A stretch of 64,000 nt of DNA, from assembly GCA_951406725.2 (NCBI GenBank), contig OX597829.1, positions 24,242,001 through 24,306,000 on the forward strand, in the 5' to 3' direction. Positions 59,716-64,000 of the stretch are shown piece by piece. Numbering within the stretch: the first letter of the stretch is position 1; every line of letters begins with the position of its first letter. Below the pieces are notes generated by a model that saw only the letters and a program-made list of their open reading frames with translations, ran no database searches and was not told where the DNA came from. This stretch comes from Octopus vulgaris. Its lineage: Eukaryota. Both the position numbers and the translations under genes were made by a program.

Positions 59716-62700
59716 CATTTTGGTGTCCATTTCCATATATAGCTATTGAGCAGAACAACTATTTTTAAAAACTAAATTTCTTGATAATCATTCAAACTAT
59801 GAAATGTTGAAGTAGTGGGTGGAATGCATTTGGAACAAGGCACATTATGCAAGAACATAACACAGTGTTGACAATAGCAAGGCTTGAACTCCATACCATG
59901 TGATCACTGGTCCAGTACATCAACTTTATAATAATTTTATTAAAAACTGTCTTCAAATTTATCTGACAAAAACGAAATACCTTTTGCACTGAACATGTAA
60001 ATGTGTGTGTGTGTATGAGAGAGACAGAGAAAGAGGGAGAGTGTGTGTATTTGTACAAGTGTATGTATGTTATGTATGATAGTGTACATGTTATGTATGA
60101 TAGTGTATGTTATGGTATGATAGTGTATGGTAGTGTAAATGTGTATGTGAGCACGCATGTGTTTATGTGTGTGTGTGTGTGTTTGCACATGTGTGAAAGA
60201 CTGTGTAAGTGTGTGTATGTATGTGGGAGAGAGGGAAAATATGTGTAGTGTGAAAGAGAAAGAGTACATGTGTGCATGTGTCTGCAAGATGATTACAAAA
60301 GCCTTGTACAATTTCATTGTTAATTGAGATTACATGCATTACTATAATATTCCTGTTGTTCAGTCGATCTGATAGCAGCAGACTGGTCTGTCAAAAGATA
60401 GGGACAGGCACAAAGTATCTGCTTCACAACAACAAGAAATACTGAATAAATTTTTTCCAAAATATGAAATTAGTCAAGTATTGCTTAACAAGATCATTTT
60501 TTTCCCCTTTAACAAGATATTAAAAGAGAATCTACAAACTAATTATAAAAGTTAAATATGTGTAGAGAGACTAAAATATAATGTCATTTGTTCAAAGTAA
60601 AGCTGTATTAAATCCCTCAAACTGGCTGACTACATAATTACAACTAATCAGATATGCCAAAACACAACCTTGTGTTGGTTTTAACCCTTTTGATATCAAA
60701 TCACCTGAAACTGCCTCTGTTCTATGACACAAATTTCCCATTTCAAAGTGACCTAAATCCAAACCTTCCATCAAAATCTCATGTTAAATTATCTCCCAAA
60801 CACCAGATTAATTAATGTAAAAGTACTTTACTAAATTCTTCATTATTTCTAAAATTACTTTAACGTTCAACCATGGTTGTATAATCAACTAATGAAAGAT
60901 TCACTATGACTCAAGCTCCCGATTCAAATTCATAATAATGGAATTGGATGGCAATAGTCATGGGAATCCATGAAAGCTGTGAAAAAATATTTCAACATTT
61001 AAACAACAGAAATCAGTTTTGGAATGAATGTCTCTGTTGTTTGATTAATTGAGCAACCTAGCAATTGTGTCTGTATTAAAACATACATGGTGGTTTTCGG
61101 GGAGATCAAACATATATATTGTCTAATGAGTGATTATCAATAAAACAAAAACAAAATCCTAAGGGCATACATAGAACCCATATTTATATATGGCTGTGTG
61201 ATCTGGAACATAACAGACAAAATGCAAAAAACTTATCAATGATGTGGCAGAGATGTAATTTCTTAAAAGAACGTTGACGGTGTCCTATTGAGATAGAGTG
61301 ACAGGCATCAAAGTCCTGAGATGAACAAAGACCACTTGAATGTATCAGTGAAGCTGATCTCTAATTTATCCAATGAGATGCTACTTGTTGAAAAACATAG
61401 TGTAATATTAAATTTGCGCTACTTATTTTGTAGATATTGATTGAAATTCTCCACTTGTAGATCTAGATCAATAAAGGTACGTTTGAATGCTATATTCATA
61501 AAATATAAATGTATATCATCATCATCATCATCATCATTTTAACATCTACTTTTCCATGCTTGCACTAGTCAGATGGATTTTTTGAGGTGAATTTTCTGTG
61601 ACTGGATGCTCTTCCTGGTGCCAACTTTCACCTGTTTCAAAGTAAGGTAATATTCTCCTATGACCAGACATGTTTTCACAGAAAATTGGAAATATGGGAC
61701 AATGCTTTCATGATCGCGGCACATATTTATAATTATCACATGAAGTCTAGCCAAGGAGACAGTAACACACACACACACATGACAATGAGAACCCGGCATT
61801 ATGTTGTGCTTGAGAAGAAGACCCATCAAACCAAATAAAATTGCAATCATGACAGATACTGGTGTCACACAAATGGCATCCAATCCGGTGGCACATAAAA
61901 GAACCCATTACACTCTTGAAGTGGTTGGCATTAGAAAGGGCATCCAACCATAGAAACCATGCCAAATCAAACTGGAGTCTGGTGCAGCCTTCCTGCGTGC
62001 TAGCCCTGGTCAAACCATCCAACCCATGCCTGCATGGACAACGGACATTAAATGATGATGATGATGATATATTATATGTATTATATGTATGTGGTAATGC
62101 TGGACTTGTAAACTATAGGTACAACCCATTTTGTATTAGAGCGTATGTGACTGTGTATATACAGGAATGCACCTTTTAACCATTTTGATAGCATCCCACC
62201 TCAGACCACACCTAGTTCTATGATACAAACTTTCAGGTTTTAAAGTGATTGAATTTAGAAATTTCCATTAAAACTTCACATTAATTTATGTCCCTAACAC
62301 CTACTTAATAATGACAAAATTATTTTACCAAATTCTTTATGTATTTTCAAAATTAGTTGTAATTAAGCAGGTTGTACTTTAACACAAATATGGCAAAAAA
62401 AGTTAATGTATTTCTCAGGTGCTGTTGTTGTTCTTGTTGTTTAATTAAAGTCTTCTCCATGCTGGCATGGGTTGGGCAGTTAGACAGGAGCTGGCCAACT
62501 GGGGAGCTGTCCAGCTGGGGAGCTGGCCAGACTTCAATAGTCTCTTGTAGCAAGGTTTCTATGGTTGGCCGCCCTTCCTAATACCAACCACTTTAAAGGG
62601 TGAGATGAGTGCTTTTTTTACATTCCACCTGCACAGTGTAGAGTGGAGGAAGAGGAATAGTGATATAGATGGATGAAAACAAAACTGTTTCACACAGAAG

Positions 62701-63360
62701 AATTTGAGAGATTGTCAAAGTGAGAAACTGGTGAAAAGCAATAACTGTTGGGGAGATGGAGGTGGTTACAGAATTGAAAACTTGAAAAAGGCAAAGATCT
62801 TTTGCAACAGCCATATGATCAGAGATGTTCCAAACATGACCATCCCATCTTTTATTTAGGCACAGTATATCTAGGACTACATTATCTAATGTATAGTATA
62901 GTAGTTAGTATTAGTGGCTATAGCTGTTGTTGCTGCTGCTTAAACCCAGGCAGTCTTGATCTTTCAAAACTATGATTAAAGATGTTACATGTGGTTGCAG
63001 TTGATCAGGGAGTGAAAATGTTATTTGTCTAGCAAATGAATCAATAATCAAACGCCTTCCAGACATGCTGTCTTTTCTAATATTAGATATTATACTGGAA
63101 TTTGGTTGCTATTTCTAACACATTAAGTAACTACATACAAGAAGCCTTTTCAATCCAGTGCTAAGCAGAAAAATGTGTAGTGGAGATGTGACATTAAAAT
63201 GCGGACGAAATAACAGTCATAACTACCACCTAAACATATACAAACCTATCTAGCTATCATAAGAACAGTCTAATATACTAACACATACACATCTAATTAA
63301 CTACTATAGACTAAGGGACTAACCCAAACCTATCTAGCTAGCATAGAGTACAACTGCACT

Positions 63361-63397
<37 letters not shown>

Positions 63398-64000
63398 TTC
63401 TAACTACTATAGAAAGCAGCACTAATGTACTTACATAACATCTATCTACTGACTAGTTGTCAAATGTAATAATATACAGCTTTCTACCAACTATAGAGGA
63501 CTAATCAACTAGCATACATACACGACTGTGTAGTGACTATAGTTGTTTAATAATAATGAACTTATTGTGTACTGGTGCTAACACACACACACACACACAC
63601 ACTCATTCACAGAGTCATATTATCAAAGTGATTGCCACAGTTATGAATATACTTCTGACATTTCAAGATTATTTCCCATTCTATAAAATCCAATCTATCA
63701 GTCTGTCTCTCTGTTCATCTGTCTATGTATTTATCTGTCTGTCTCTTTCTATCTCTGTGTGTGTGTATGTGTGTGCAAGTGCGCACGCGTGTGTGTGTAT
63801 TAAATATACAGTTTCCTCTTTCTGTTTTGTCTACCATTACTATAATGGCTTTTGTTCCTTGGAATCAGCTGATCTTGTATCTCCTCCACACAGGTATCCC
63901 TGACCCTCTTATCTTTCCACCTCTCATCCCCTTTGTTGCATCCCCCATAGCTAGCCGTGCTCTTGCAGAATACTGGAAATGACAGACACTGCTTGTATGA

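Noticed and set aside
44123-64000. Second protein-coding gene upstream of Clock
   Set aside because: All listed ORFs are short and map to SINEs, microsatellites or decayed LINEs. No coherent exon chain found. Non-coding Clock 5' exons cannot be excluded.

Overview
AT-rich eukaryotic genomic DNA, dense in microsatellites and SINEs. The repeat families look like those of an octopus/coleoid cephalopod (inference from recalled SINE families). The only host gene I can support is a minus-strand Clock (bHLH-PAS circadian transcription factor). I traced 11 coding exons with GT-AG boundaries and matching phases from 39341 down to the left edge. They cover the acidic N-terminus, bHLH, PAS-A, PAS-B/PAC, a Ser-rich linker and a very large poly-Q exon that runs off the window. 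The start-codon exon is not certain. Introns and the ~20 kb upstream region are filled with tRNA-derived SINEs, RTE/CR1/R4-Dong LINE fragments, Penelope-like remnants, mariner/maT, hAT and piggyBac-type MITEs, and minisatellites. Most unusual observations: (i) at least three unrelated short elements carrying decayed minimal hammerhead-ribozyme motifs in tandem/inverted Penelope-like arrangements, one with a tRNA/Pol III head inside a four-layer nest; (ii) a 91-bp TG...CA element with a 5-bp TSD and a perfect CRE; (iii) a Ser codon (AGC) at the normally Gly position of PAS-A ALDGF that a single A-to-I edit would restore; (iv) a TGACCT-rich minisatellite upstream of Clock.
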